Positions 15,001 to 25,319 of a stretch of DNA of 64,000 nt are shown piece after piece. The DNA comes from Macrostomum lignano (taxonomy: Eukaryota), in the NCBI GenBank assembly GCA_002269645.1, contig NIVC01001011.1, positions 178,119 to 242,118 of the forward strand. Reading direction: 5' to 3'. The notes below the pieces were generated by a model. It was not told where the DNA came from. It ran no database searches and saw only the letters and a program-made list of their open reading frames with translations. Within the stretch, counting starts at the first letter, position 1. Every line of letters begins with the position of its first letter. A program made the position numbers and the translations under genes.

Positions 15001-18000
15001 ATTCAGAGAAATACTAAATCAGGGACCATCAGAATTTACCTTTGTATCAGGACGTATCACTTGCATTCGATAGGAATGTACGAGTATTAGCAAGGCCCAA
15101 TTCCGATTGAAATGCATTGGCGAGATGGAAAAGATACATTTTAATCGCTTTGCGCTTAATAAAGGATTTCTCACCTTCTGCGATTGCAGCGATCACATAA
15201 GGCTAGTAAATGTTCAGTCTGGGCTGGATTAATAGATTTATCGACTTAGAAGATTCACAAAAAGTTCTAATGGAGACTGTGCGCTATTCGGGAGACCGTC
15301 AATTGACCGTCACGATTTGACCGCCGCAATTTCCCCACCGGCAATTGACCGCACTATTTGGCACCAAAATTTTAGTCACCCTATTTTTTGCGGCGAGGGT
15401 ATAGTCATTTAAAAAACTGTGAATAAGCTAATCGTAACTGTTAATTATTTGAGATTTTTGAGGAAGTGACATTTTCAGATGGTTTAAAAAATGCATACTG
15501 GCTATACTATACTCAAAGGAAGGGTTTTTGAGGAAGATTTTCTGTTCTACTACCATCTGATTTTCTGGCATGAGTAAACGGAAAGGGAATAAATAAATGA
15601 TTATTTGTGCATTCAATGTGGCTCTATTTAATATTTGTGAAATTTGAGCATACTTTTTTATTTTTAAGAATATTAAGCGGCGGTCAGATTGCGGCGGTTA
15701 ATTTTCGTGGGCCCGCACAAGCAGACCCAAGCCGAGATTCCAATTTATTCCTAAATTAATGTGACTAGGATTGGCCTGAGCTGTTTTATTTATATGTGAG
15801 ATACATTTACTATTCCCAGAAACTTGGAGAACTTCCTCGGCAACATCTCTGCGTAAAAAAGTTTACTCATTTCAGTGGAATAATTGCATTTAGTGCTGCA
15901 AACTGAAGAGTCAGTATCTTGCCAATGCATTTAAATAAATTTCCAAAGAACGGTACTGTATCTTCTAGTGGCACTTTTAAAAAGTAGAACTTGTGGAGGA
16001 ATATTAATTTTCTTGGATAAAACATTTTAATATGTTTTAACTGGAGTAGCTATTACGTAAAAAACATCAAGAACATAATCACTTAAAATAAAGTGAATGC
16101 CAGCAACAACTTACACTGCGACACAATTCTTTGCTATACGATTGTTGTTCAATGTAGCACGCGCGTTTGAGGCTGGAGTTAAAGCTTTCAAAAATAACAT
16201 CAGGTGGCACCTGCTTCTGTCTTAGCTCTTCGAGCAGATGCTGGCCCAGTAACTCGTGACTCATTGTGAAGTACCTTCTATTCAGAACACGGTTGTCTTC
16301 AGAGTCTCTCGGCATATGCAGTGTGCGGACAACACTATCGAAGTGCAGAAACTTGTCAGATTTTTCTCGAGTCATTCTTAAAAATCTTCCGTTCAAATGT
16401 TCTTCTTCCATATAGTAGTTCGTTGAGCCGCATGAGAGAACCACATATTGAAAAGCTACCCCATCTTGTAAAAAATGGGTTGGAAGTGAAAATTCATAGC
16501 ATCCTTGGCTTAAATGATGATGCTGTGCATCGGTAGGTTTCCACGTAAATGTTTTTAGACATTCTGAGCCTATTTTAAATGGACTCAAGGACGCATTTTT
16601 CCCACCGAGCTCTGGGCAATCACTAAACTGCAGCACTACTTTGTCCCTACTCGCATCGAATTTCTCAAAGCACTCATTTAGAATAAAGAAGCGAACTCTA
16701 ACTGAGGTTATCGGATGCTTTGGGTATATTCTCTTGATGTGCTCGTGTATGTCCTGAGGTCTTTCTTCGATCGGATACGATTCTTCTTTAGTGCGCTTTG
16801 GCTGTTCAGTTTTGGGCAGTCGCTTGTTTTGGAGTGCAGCTTGCTGAACTTCCACTGCAGAATGCTCTTGGCGTTCTAATTTATCTTTTGACAGAACTGA
16901 AACTGGTTCAGGTTGGATCTGTTGCTGCTCTGATTTCTGGTCGAACACCGGATCAGAGTTAGGGGGCATTTGACTTGGTTTATCCAACTCGCCTTGGATT
17001 TCCTGGGCAACGTCACCTGGCTTAAAATCCGGGTTCGATGCTTGGGTAATGTGGCCGTCATGGTCACTTGTAGACAGCTCTTCGTTGGCTGACGGCAAAT
17101 TTTTCGTGTCATGGAGTTGCTTGCCTGTCATTTGTGCGTCAGTGGAGTGCTTGTCATCATCTAACGGCACGTCTGTCACAGGCTGCTCGCAACTATCGCT
17201 GTTTTGAGGAGCTTTGCGAGCAGGTAAGTCAGTGTTATCTTTGTCAGCAGCCAACATCGAGTCTTTGATCGGCTGCTTCAAAGTTTCTGACGGCGAAGCT
17301 TCGCTTTCGGCAGGTACGCCATGGGGATCACTGTCGATTTTTGACGGTATCGGTTGATCAGCTGAGCTCTTTTTGTTTTCAGCTGAGTGTTCTTTCTCTG
17401 GTTCCCTTCCTTTTCCCTCTGAAACAGTGTCGCGAGAACACTGTTCTTCACTCGCTGATGTCTTTTTGGCATCAGCGGTTTGATCATTTTCGTTTGATGA
17501 CACATCGTCACTCTTTGTCAATGGAGTCGCTGTGTCCATCAAAGTGAGATTTTCGCGCGATACAGTTTGTTCAGTCGAAGTTGTGCTTGTAAAAGAACTT
17601 TCACGGTCAGCTGATGAAGGATCGGGGATCCCGCTCACTTTTCCCGATGCTGTTGCACCAGTCAAACAGTCATTATCTGTCATTGGCTCGCTTTCAGTAG
17701 TTGTGTGACTTGTAGTAGGCATGCTGGTTTGATTTGACTCGCAAATCGTATTTCCGGTCTTGTCAGATGCCTCAGTAGTTGTAGGCAGCTCTTCGTTGAC
17801 GGACGGCAAATTTTTCGTGTCATGGAGTTGCTTGCCTGTCATTTGTGCGTCAGTGGAGTGCTTGTCATCATCTAACGGCACGTCTGTCACAGGCTGCTCG
17901 CAACTATCGCTGTTTTGAGGAGCTTTGCGAGCAGGTAAGTCAGTGTTATCTTTGTCAGCAGCCAACATCGAGTCTTTGATCGGCTGCTTCAAAGTTTCTG

Positions 18001-19882
18001 ACGGCGAAGCTTCGCTTTCGGCAGGTACGCCATGGGGATCACTGTCGATTTTTGACGGTATCGGTTGATCAGCTGAGCTCTTTTCGTTTTCAGCTGAGTG
18101 TTCTTTCTCTGGTTCCCTTCCTTTTCCCTCTGAAACAGTGTCGCGAGAACACTGTTCTTCACTCGCTGATGTCTTTTTGGCATCAGCGGTTTGATCATTT
18201 TCATTTGATGACACATCGTCACTCTTTGTCAATGGAGTCGCTGTGTCCATCGAAGTGGGATTTTCGTGCGATACAGTTCTTCCAGTCGAAGTTGTGCTTG
18301 TAAAAGAACTTTCACGGTTAGCTGATGAAGAATCCGAGAACCCGCTCGCTTTTCCTGATGCTGTTACATCAGTCAAAGAGTCCTTGTCTGTCATTGGTTC
18401 TCTTTCAGTAGTTGTGTGACTTGTAGTAGGCATGCTGGTTTGATTTGACTCGCAAATCGTATTTCCGGTCTTGTCAGATGCCTCAGTAGTTGTAGGCAGC
18501 TCTTCGTTGACGGACGGCAAATTTTTCGTGTCATGGAGTTGCTTGCCTGTTATTTGTGCGTCAGTGGAGTGCTTGTCATCATCTAACGGCACGTCTGTCA
18601 CAGGCTGCTCGCAATTATCGCTGTTTTGAGGAGCTTTGCCAGTAGGTGAGTCAGTGTTATCTGAAACTAACTCAGTGGCTACTTTAGTCGTTGGGGTTAC
18701 CTTTGACGTGCTGGGTTTATTTTTAGCCGGAATATTCGTAAATTTTTGCCCTGGAATATCTGTCGCATTTTCCTCTTCTCCTTGATTGCTTGACGTTTGA
18801 TCACAGCTATCAGCTTGCATTGGGTCTGTGGTTGACCGATTATTATTGCTTGACAATAACGCAGTGTTAGAGTTCTCTTTGTGTTTGCTTTCGGACACCG
18901 GGTCACTGATCGGCAAATCTTTGTCAGCAGCCAACATCGGCTGCTTTGAAGTTTCAGACGGCGAAGCTTCGTTTTCGGCAGGTACGCCATGGGAATCACT
19001 GTCGATTTTTGACGGTATCGGTTGATCAGCTGAGCTCTTTTTGTTTTCAGCTGAGTGTTCTTTCTCTGGTTCCCTTCCTTTTCCCTCTGAAACAGTGTCG
19101 CGAGAACACTGTTCTTCACTCGCTGATGTCTTTTTGGCATCAGCGGTTTGATCGTTTTCATTTGATAAAACATCGTCACTCTTTGTCAACTGAATCGGTG
19201 TGTCAATCGAAGTGGGCTTTTGGCGCGATAAATTTGGCTCCGTAGAAGTTGTGTCTTTGAAGCATGTTTCACGGTCAGCTGATGAAGGATCGGGGATCCC
19301 GCTCACTTTTCCCGATGCTGTTGCACCAGTCAAACAGTCCTTATCTGTCATTGGCTCGCTTTCAGTAGTTGTGTGACTTGTAGTAGGCATGCTGGTTTGA
19401 TTTGACTCGTACATCGCATGGCCGGCTTCTAGCGATTGAGCGCTAATTGTGCTAAACTGCGCTTGGCTGGCCAAAGACGAAACACTTTCGGCCGGCTCCG
19501 CTGGGCAGTTTTCGCAAAAAAAAATGAAAGTAAAGTCATCGAAACAGTCAGTACAATGCCTTTGCACAAGATCTTCACAGTCGTCTGAACAACTGCTGCA
19601 CTTTCTAATCAAATCTTTCTTTTGATGAGTGCATTGTTGCCTCTGCCTCTGGCTGCCTGTGTGGCATGAGTGCTTGCACTCTAGTACCGTGTTCTCCTCT
19701 AACTTGCAAAATCGGCAACATTTGGAGAATAGCTTTCGCGTATCAAGATTGCATTTCGAGCATCTCTTTAAGAGATTCTCGACTGGGTGGTTGCAATCGC
19801 ACATCGCGTCACATTTTGAATTGATGCTGCAATTTAAACGATTATAACGATTAATACAGCGACAATGTTGGTATTTTTTCAT
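1..19882 (-). CDS. RNF213: RNF213/mysterin-like giant AAA+ ATPase-E3 ubiquitin ligase, multi-exon, 3' end beyond the window
   Basis: Exons inferred by hand with GT-AG sites and matching phases: 19882-16115, 14802-14546, 14410-14198, 14030-13826, 13697-13410, 12666-12532, 12429-12219, 12120-4621, 4520-4373, 3685-3034, 2889-2629, 2285-1747, 1652-1142, 1000-857, then 192-1 (structure between 856 and 193 unresolved). RNF213-type motifs: SSRSGMGKS, GETGCGKT/LFFDEIN, GKPGSSKS/VVLDEIG, FGSSFPKDQ, VDIGLGTHR, FPIPLLNRLEKH, EAGTF...ASFIAFADTDENL, then a RING. The symbol denotes family membership; one-to-one orthology is not established. Confidence 0.93.
1747..2285 (-). CDS. RNF213: RING-finger exon of the RNF213-like gene (C3-D-C4 variant)
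   Basis: CSQC-x11-CNDRLCDQC-x11-CIKC in ORF 1743..2267, lying after the AAA core as in RNF213. Donor GTAAGC at 1746 splices in phase to the exon starting at 1652. Confidence 0.85.
4621..12120 (-). CDS. RNF213: 7.5-kb exon of the RNF213-like gene: stalk plus dynein-like multi-AAA+ core
   Basis: Contains ORF 4574..12031 (2485 aa). Walker A GETGCGKT at ~7829-7852, Walker B FFDE at ~7630-7648, second Walker A GKPGSSKS at ~6798-6820, Walker B VVLDE at ~6582-6602. Acceptor at 12121 (phase 1), donor GTAAGA at 4620. Confidence 0.95.
12740..12862. repeat. 15-bp minisatellite (CAGTCAGGGGAATCC) in an RNF213-like intron
   Basis: About 7 visible tandem copies; source of spurious ORF 12752..12958. Confidence 0.85.
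15288..15716. mobile_element. Possible MITE with sub-repeated inverted ends (GACCGCCGCAAT motifs)
   Basis: Left arm gaccgtc/gaccgccgcaat repeats; right arm gcggcggtcagattgcggcggtt is their reverse complement; CGGG...CCCG ends. No TSD seen. Confidence 0.4.
16115..19882 (-). CDS. RNF213: First exon of the RNF213-like gene: Cys-rich zinc-ribbon-like N-terminus, S/T/D/E-rich tandem repeats, CBM20-like domain
   Basis: ORF 16079..19882, with in-frame TAA just upstream of the ATG and donor GTAAGT at 16114. Segment VRVRFFILNECF...ELGG...FQYVV...E resembles the CBM20-like N-arm domain of RNF213 (pattern recognition only). Confidence 0.8.
17070..19410 (-). repeat. Coding tandem repeat, ~711-bp (237-aa) unit, about 3 copies
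   Basis: ESNQTSMPTTSHTTTE recurs at ~19390, ~18430 and ~17720 (spacing 957 and 711 bp). The two downstream copies are nearly identical at the DNA level. Confidence 0.95.
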
Positions 19883-19937
19883 TTTTTATCCATGCAGTTT
19901 CTTGCACAGGAAATATAGAAAAAGATTGGTCACTTCA

Positions 19938-21045
19938 TAAAGGGGATGTGAACTTAAGAGTCAATATAGAGCCCAAAAATTAGGTTCCGATTTCTCTCGC
20001 CAATCTCTTCATCCGGAGCCACAAGCTCCCGTTATGCCAAAAACCCGACCACGTTAGGATTTGGGATCTCTATGGGGAAAAATGGGGAATTCATGTGAAC
20101 TCAAGGCTCCAGAATGGAGTCTGAAGCATTTGGGTTCCGAGTTCTCTACGCAAGTCCCTTCAATTGGAGCTTCAACAGCTTTAAATGACGAGATGACCAT
20201 GATAAATGCCATTATATTATCCCCCCACTAAGCTCTCATTGTGTTTTCCCGCCTTGATGGAGACATAAATAGCGTCAAGGGGGGTCTGTATCACACATTA
20301 TAGACAGACGATATCTACCTCAACGAAGTGGAGGTTAACCCGACGTTTCGAGACGGAGGGTGGTATAAAACATCATTTTCGCAGAATTTATATCGTGGTC
20401 AAAGGTGCTAAGCTCCCTCAGACCCTCACAACCATTTCTCCCCATAGAGATCCCAAAATGCTAAAGTGGTCAGGAGGGGTTTCTCGAAACCAACTTAGGA
20501 AAGACCATAGACGTAGGTTGCCTAAACCAGACTTAGGGTTTGCTGGAAACGAGCGCAAAATCCCGTCTCTTAGGATATATCTTATATTTACGAGGTCGTA
20601 TGTTTGCGAAGAAAGTCGTTTCTCGATCGCCTTTTAAGTCTATGGCCCATCCTACGATTGATCCTAAGTCTAAGAGTGGTCGGTACCACTCGTAAGCTGT
20701 CTTTTCTTTGCAAGCAAGGCTTGATATTCTTTTTCTTCCGATTTGCTTGCATGCGCTTTCTGCTTTCTGTTTTCAAAGTTTAACCAAATGGCGTCTGCTT
20801 CCGTTAAGTTGCGCAAAAGAAAAGATGGCTTCGGGAAACGTTCTTACGAACACACTTAGGGTCTGCGCAAATTCCGGACTTACGGGGGATCTTACCATAG
20901 ATCTTATGACACTTTTGAGAACCCCCCCCCCCAGGTTTTTAGCATAACGGGAGCGATTGGCTTCAAATGAAGAGATTGGCGTAGAGAAATCGGGACCGAA
21001 TGTTTTGGGCTCTTATTTTGACTCTTATAGTTCATAACCCCTTTA
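19938..21045. mobile_element. Non-autonomous DNA transposon (MITE-like) with ~110-bp terminal inverted repeats, TA-flanked
   Basis: 19938-~20046 (TAAAGGGGATGTGAACTTAAGAGTC...CCCGTTATGCCAAAAACC) is the imperfect reverse complement of ~20934-21045. An additional internal inverted pair lies at ~20055-20083 / ~20432-20460. No transposase ORF. Confidence 0.85.
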
Positions 21046-22126
21046 CTCCTGCACTACTCGTTGAGACAAAAATAAATAACCATAGTTTATCTGCAGTTTC
21101 TGGTTCAATTCACAAAGTTTATTGTTACACTGCTTGTATTATCAGGGGCATCGGGCCCGATAAAAATTAATAGGCCTTTCGGTATGCTTTTCTATCTAAT
21201 GGAGACGAACGAATAAACAAAATTCGTAACAAATTTAAACTTTTAATGTTTCCTAGTAAATTTAATGTTCTATGGAAAAATACGTTATGACAATACTTGA
21301 GCCAAAAATCCTACCCTAATGAAAGAAACTTTGACGAAATGCAAACTTTATAAAAATGCAAATATTTTTAAGAGCTACGCCACGCTTAACAAATCTTAAA
21401 CACATGTTGCATTTCTCTTGATTGGGACTCTGGCCTGGGAGTGGAACTAAATCAAAGGAAAGTTTTTATCATGGACTAAAACCTCTGAAGCATACAATTC
21501 TTATCATCCGTAAACAGACAAAAGGTAAGAATAACATGTACATGCACAAGACTACGAGTATTCAGATTTCATTCCTATGCACTAATGCACACAGCTGCTC
21601 TTTCCTAACAGGGTGTTTTTATTGGACGCGCGTCTTTGGAGCTCTAGTGTGGGGTGACAACCAAAGGCGCCATGGCGCCATCTAGGGGGTGGCAATCTTG
21701 GTGGTGCCTGGGTGCCTGGTGGTGTTTGGGTGGCCATATTGGGTCCGTCATAAAGGAACGCTATCGTGTGACGCTATTTTGAGCAGCAAGGGGTTTTATG
21801 CAGCATTAAGGATTCCCGCGGGGATTTTAAATTTGTACATTTTAGCGGAACTAAAAAATAACTTTGGACGTACTCACGTACATGTAGTACAATACGACAG
21901 TGGACACGTCAGCAGACACACTCTCTGGAGTTGTGTGACGACTTCGATAAAAAATGAGTAATTCGTCCGCGTGGGTTTGGAATGTTGTGTGGGATGTAGC
22001 TTATTAGAGGAAAGGCTTGGCTAAACTGTCTCATAAGCGATCTTTAACCAGGTGAGGCAATCATACGTAAAGAATTCGTATTCACATTTTATGTATGCAT
22101 GAAATATGGGTGACAAGTCTGATGCG

Positions 22127-22532
22127 CAGGGGCGTCGCCATGGATTTTATCAGCACTCATTTTAGCGCCGCAGGTACTCATTTTGGCGCCGCAGGCACTC
22201 ATTGTAGCGCCACAGGCACTCATTTTAGCGCCGCAGACACTGATTGTAGCGCTGCATTTTTAGTCAGCGCCGCAGACACTCATTGTAGCGCCACAGGCAC
22301 TCATTTTAGCGCCGCAGACACTCATTGTAGCGCCGCAGGCACTCATTTTAGCGCCGCAGGCACTCGAGATTGTAGCGCCGCAGGCACTCATTGTAGCGCC
22401 GCAGGCACCATTTAATTTCCATAGCAGGCCACAAAAGGTGGGGTGGGGGGGGCAAAGCATTGGCATGTGCCCCCCAGATCTTTTACTGGGGAGGGGGCAT
22501 GTCCCCCTGTCCCCCCGTTGGCGACGCCTCTG
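22127..22532. mobile_element. hAT-type MITE with 8-bp target-site duplication and internal 21-bp tandem repeat
   Basis: Ends CAGGGGCGTCGCCA...TGGCGACGCCTCTG; identical 8-mer CTGATGCG at 22119-22126 and 22533-22540; internal (CACTCATTGTAGCGCCGCAGG)n. Confidence 0.92.
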
Positions 22533-22644
22533 CTGATGCGTTATCGCGTTATTGCATCATACTGTTGAAAAATTTTCTTTTCATAACATTTGTAATTAAT
22601 CTAAGTGGCTTTAAAAATATAAGCGCGCATGTTTGTGTCTATAA

Positions 22645-22956
22645 ATAATAATAATAATTGATTACAACCACCCTAATGGCTAGACGTGCAACCGATAGCT
22701 ATTTGCGCGGCGCATCTGAAGGCTGCGTACAGCTGTTCAATCCAAGAACTGGGTCGCTACGCACACTCAATTAACCTCAGCTAATGCTGCAGGTGCCCAA
22801 ATTTTGTAGCTGGCTGAACTGAAGCAATTAATGCAGAGAATTAAGTGTCTTGCTCAAATTGACACAAATTGTTCCAGTGGGATCGGGAATCGAACCGCCG
22901 ACCTTCAAGTCGTTAGTACGACGCTCTAAAGGATGCACTAAGTCGTACAACCCCCC
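22645..22956 (-). mobile_element. tRNA-derived SINE, copy 1
   Basis: On the minus strand: B-box GGTTCGATTCC, then GGAACAATTTGTGTC..TGAGCAAGACAC, body GAACAGCTGTACGCAGCCTTCAGATGCGCCGCGCAA, and an (ATT)n tail. Homologous to 60584-60878. Confidence 0.85.
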
Positions 22957-24568
22957 TTAAGTAGTGTGTCTCTACATGTATATAAATGTACATTATGTAC
23001 AGTACGGCCTGTAAATACAGATTTTAGATATTCATAAATCTAAGTATTTGTCTACTAAATATAGATTACATGATTAAATACTATACTACCTCAATATATG
23101 CAAGAATTTCTAAATGTACACCGCGCAGATTCGCAACTGTAGGTTAAATAATTAAGTATGCTATGCTAAAACGATGGACTGTATAATGCAGTACATATGC
23201 TACGCTTTATATAGTGCATCACATGCTACAATTTTTTTTCATATTGACCAAATACAATAACAAAAATAGACGTTAGGTTTACGTAACTGCACGAAGTCCA
23301 GATTTCTCGACAGCATGTTTTTGAATCCAAGATGAATCCAAGAAACTCCGATCGATGGATATGACACTGCAGTATTTCGTAGGAGTAGCTTGACTAAAAT
23401 CAGGTAAATATGAACCCTACTATTTGATCTAAATTTTATTATAAATATAGGGAGAAAAATATCGCTTTACATAGTCAATAATTTAATGGAAACAGATAAT
23501 ATACAATTTTTAGTACCTTGTTTTAAGGAATATTTTTAAATACACAGACTCGAAGTATCCGCAAGTTTAAAACTTAATTAAAATATCAAATACTTTTTAA
23601 GACAAGTATTCCCTATGAATTTTTTTACTCAAAGAATAAAAATAATTTTTTTGTATTTTTTGAGTTTTAATATTAGTTATACTTGAATTATGATTTGTTG
23701 CGAAATTTAACAACAAGAACTTTCTGAGAATAAAGCTGCAATCGAGTGTAATGATCAGCCTAGCCCAGTGCTATGACTTGCCACTGAGTAAAAAGTAAAA
23801 GTAAAAAGGTTTAAAAGCAGGTCTACTTGCTTTAAGAATCACTTAATACTAAGAAGCTTGCCTTGGATTTTTTCACGAAGTATTTAGATTGACGAATTAA
23901 TTTGCACTGTTAGAGTTAGAGAGCATCATGGACATGTCCTTACCTTAATAAGTGCAATACGCATAAGTCCCTCCGCCTAGTCCAGGTCCTGTCACTTATG
24001 CTAGAAACTTTTGGCGTACAGGATCGAAGTTATTGGGTGAGATTCGGATTCGGAATAATTTTTTTTCTGAGATTCAAGATCAGGATTGAAAATTGGAATT
24101 CACTAATTTAGGAAACAGAATCAGGTCTTTTAGTTTTAGTGTACTGTAGTTTGTTGGTCCATATAGGTATAGAGTTGTAGAGAAGAGTCATATATTATAC
24201 AAAATTAGCAATGTAAGATAAAAGAATACAGCAACATGTGTCACCAAAGACAAAGTTACATGACATTATGACAATAGATGCAAAGTTTAGTAGCCTAACC
24301 AACAAAAGTAGGCCATGTGTCACTTACATGAGATAGATGCATTTAAGCCTGTAGGCCTTAATGAGATAACATTTAATGATTACAAATAAAAACAATGTGA
24401 ATGTAAATAGAGCCTAATCATTAATTCTACAAATTATGAATCAGAAGGCCTGTTCTCAATTCTTTTTTAAGGTTAGGTTCTTGATCTAGCAAGAATCCAA
24501 TTTTCCTTTAGATTCCAAGACTTTGAGATAGGGATTCCATTTCCCATAGTTGGTTTCATGCTTGAATA

Positions 24569-25319
24569 CAATCCACTTTGGTAACAGCCACTTTGGTAAC
24601 TGGCACTTTTGGTAACAAAAAATGACTAGTTTGATATCAGCCATTTTGGTAATAGCCAGTTTGATAACAAAGTAGATTTACAATTGTCAACTTTATATCT
24701 TTATGGTAGGTACCTGTTGCAAAAAAAGTTTAAAAATTAAAACCTCAAATATTTTATTACCATGTATAGTTTAATTTTCTAGTTGAACTAGGCCCTATAT
24801 TATAATTTGTTTTAATTTGCACATTAACTTCTAAAAAAATTGAAGGCAAAGAAAATTAAGCAAAGCTCACCCAGATATTAGAATTGAAAATTTGAAGCAA
24901 TTAATGAAGGGAAAAAGCAGATTCTATAGTTTTAAGTTGTTAACTTCGATAATCTAATGTGTATTATATTTTATCAGTTACAGGATATCGCGGTGCATGT
25001 ATTTGAGGTATCTGGAAATTAAAATAGATTGGTAAAAATATTTTTAAACAAGTTAAACACATGCAGATATGCAGTTTTTTGCATCAATCTAAATCTCTAG
25101 AAATGTGCAAGAATGTGTCTCAATTATTTTTGTTATTCTTTTTAAAAAGTTAATTGGTGTATTATTTTAGAGCATATCAATTAATATATATATATACTGT
25201 TACTGTAATTCTCTTTTGTTACCAAAGTGGCTATATTACAAAAATGGCTATTAGCAAAGTGGTCATTTTTTGTTACCAAAGTGGCTATTACTAAAGTGGC
25301 TGTTACTGAAATGGACTGG
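24569..25319. mobile_element. MITE-like element with inverted arrays of ~15-bp CCACTTTGGTAACAG subrepeats, TA-flanked
   Basis: Array at 24570-24672 and its reverse complement at ~25218-25319; TA on both outer sides. Confidence 0.7.

Noticed and set aside
21672-21690. CTCF-like motif GCGCCATCTAGGGG
   Set aside because: A single imperfect short match is expected by chance, and CTCF presence in this organism is unknown.
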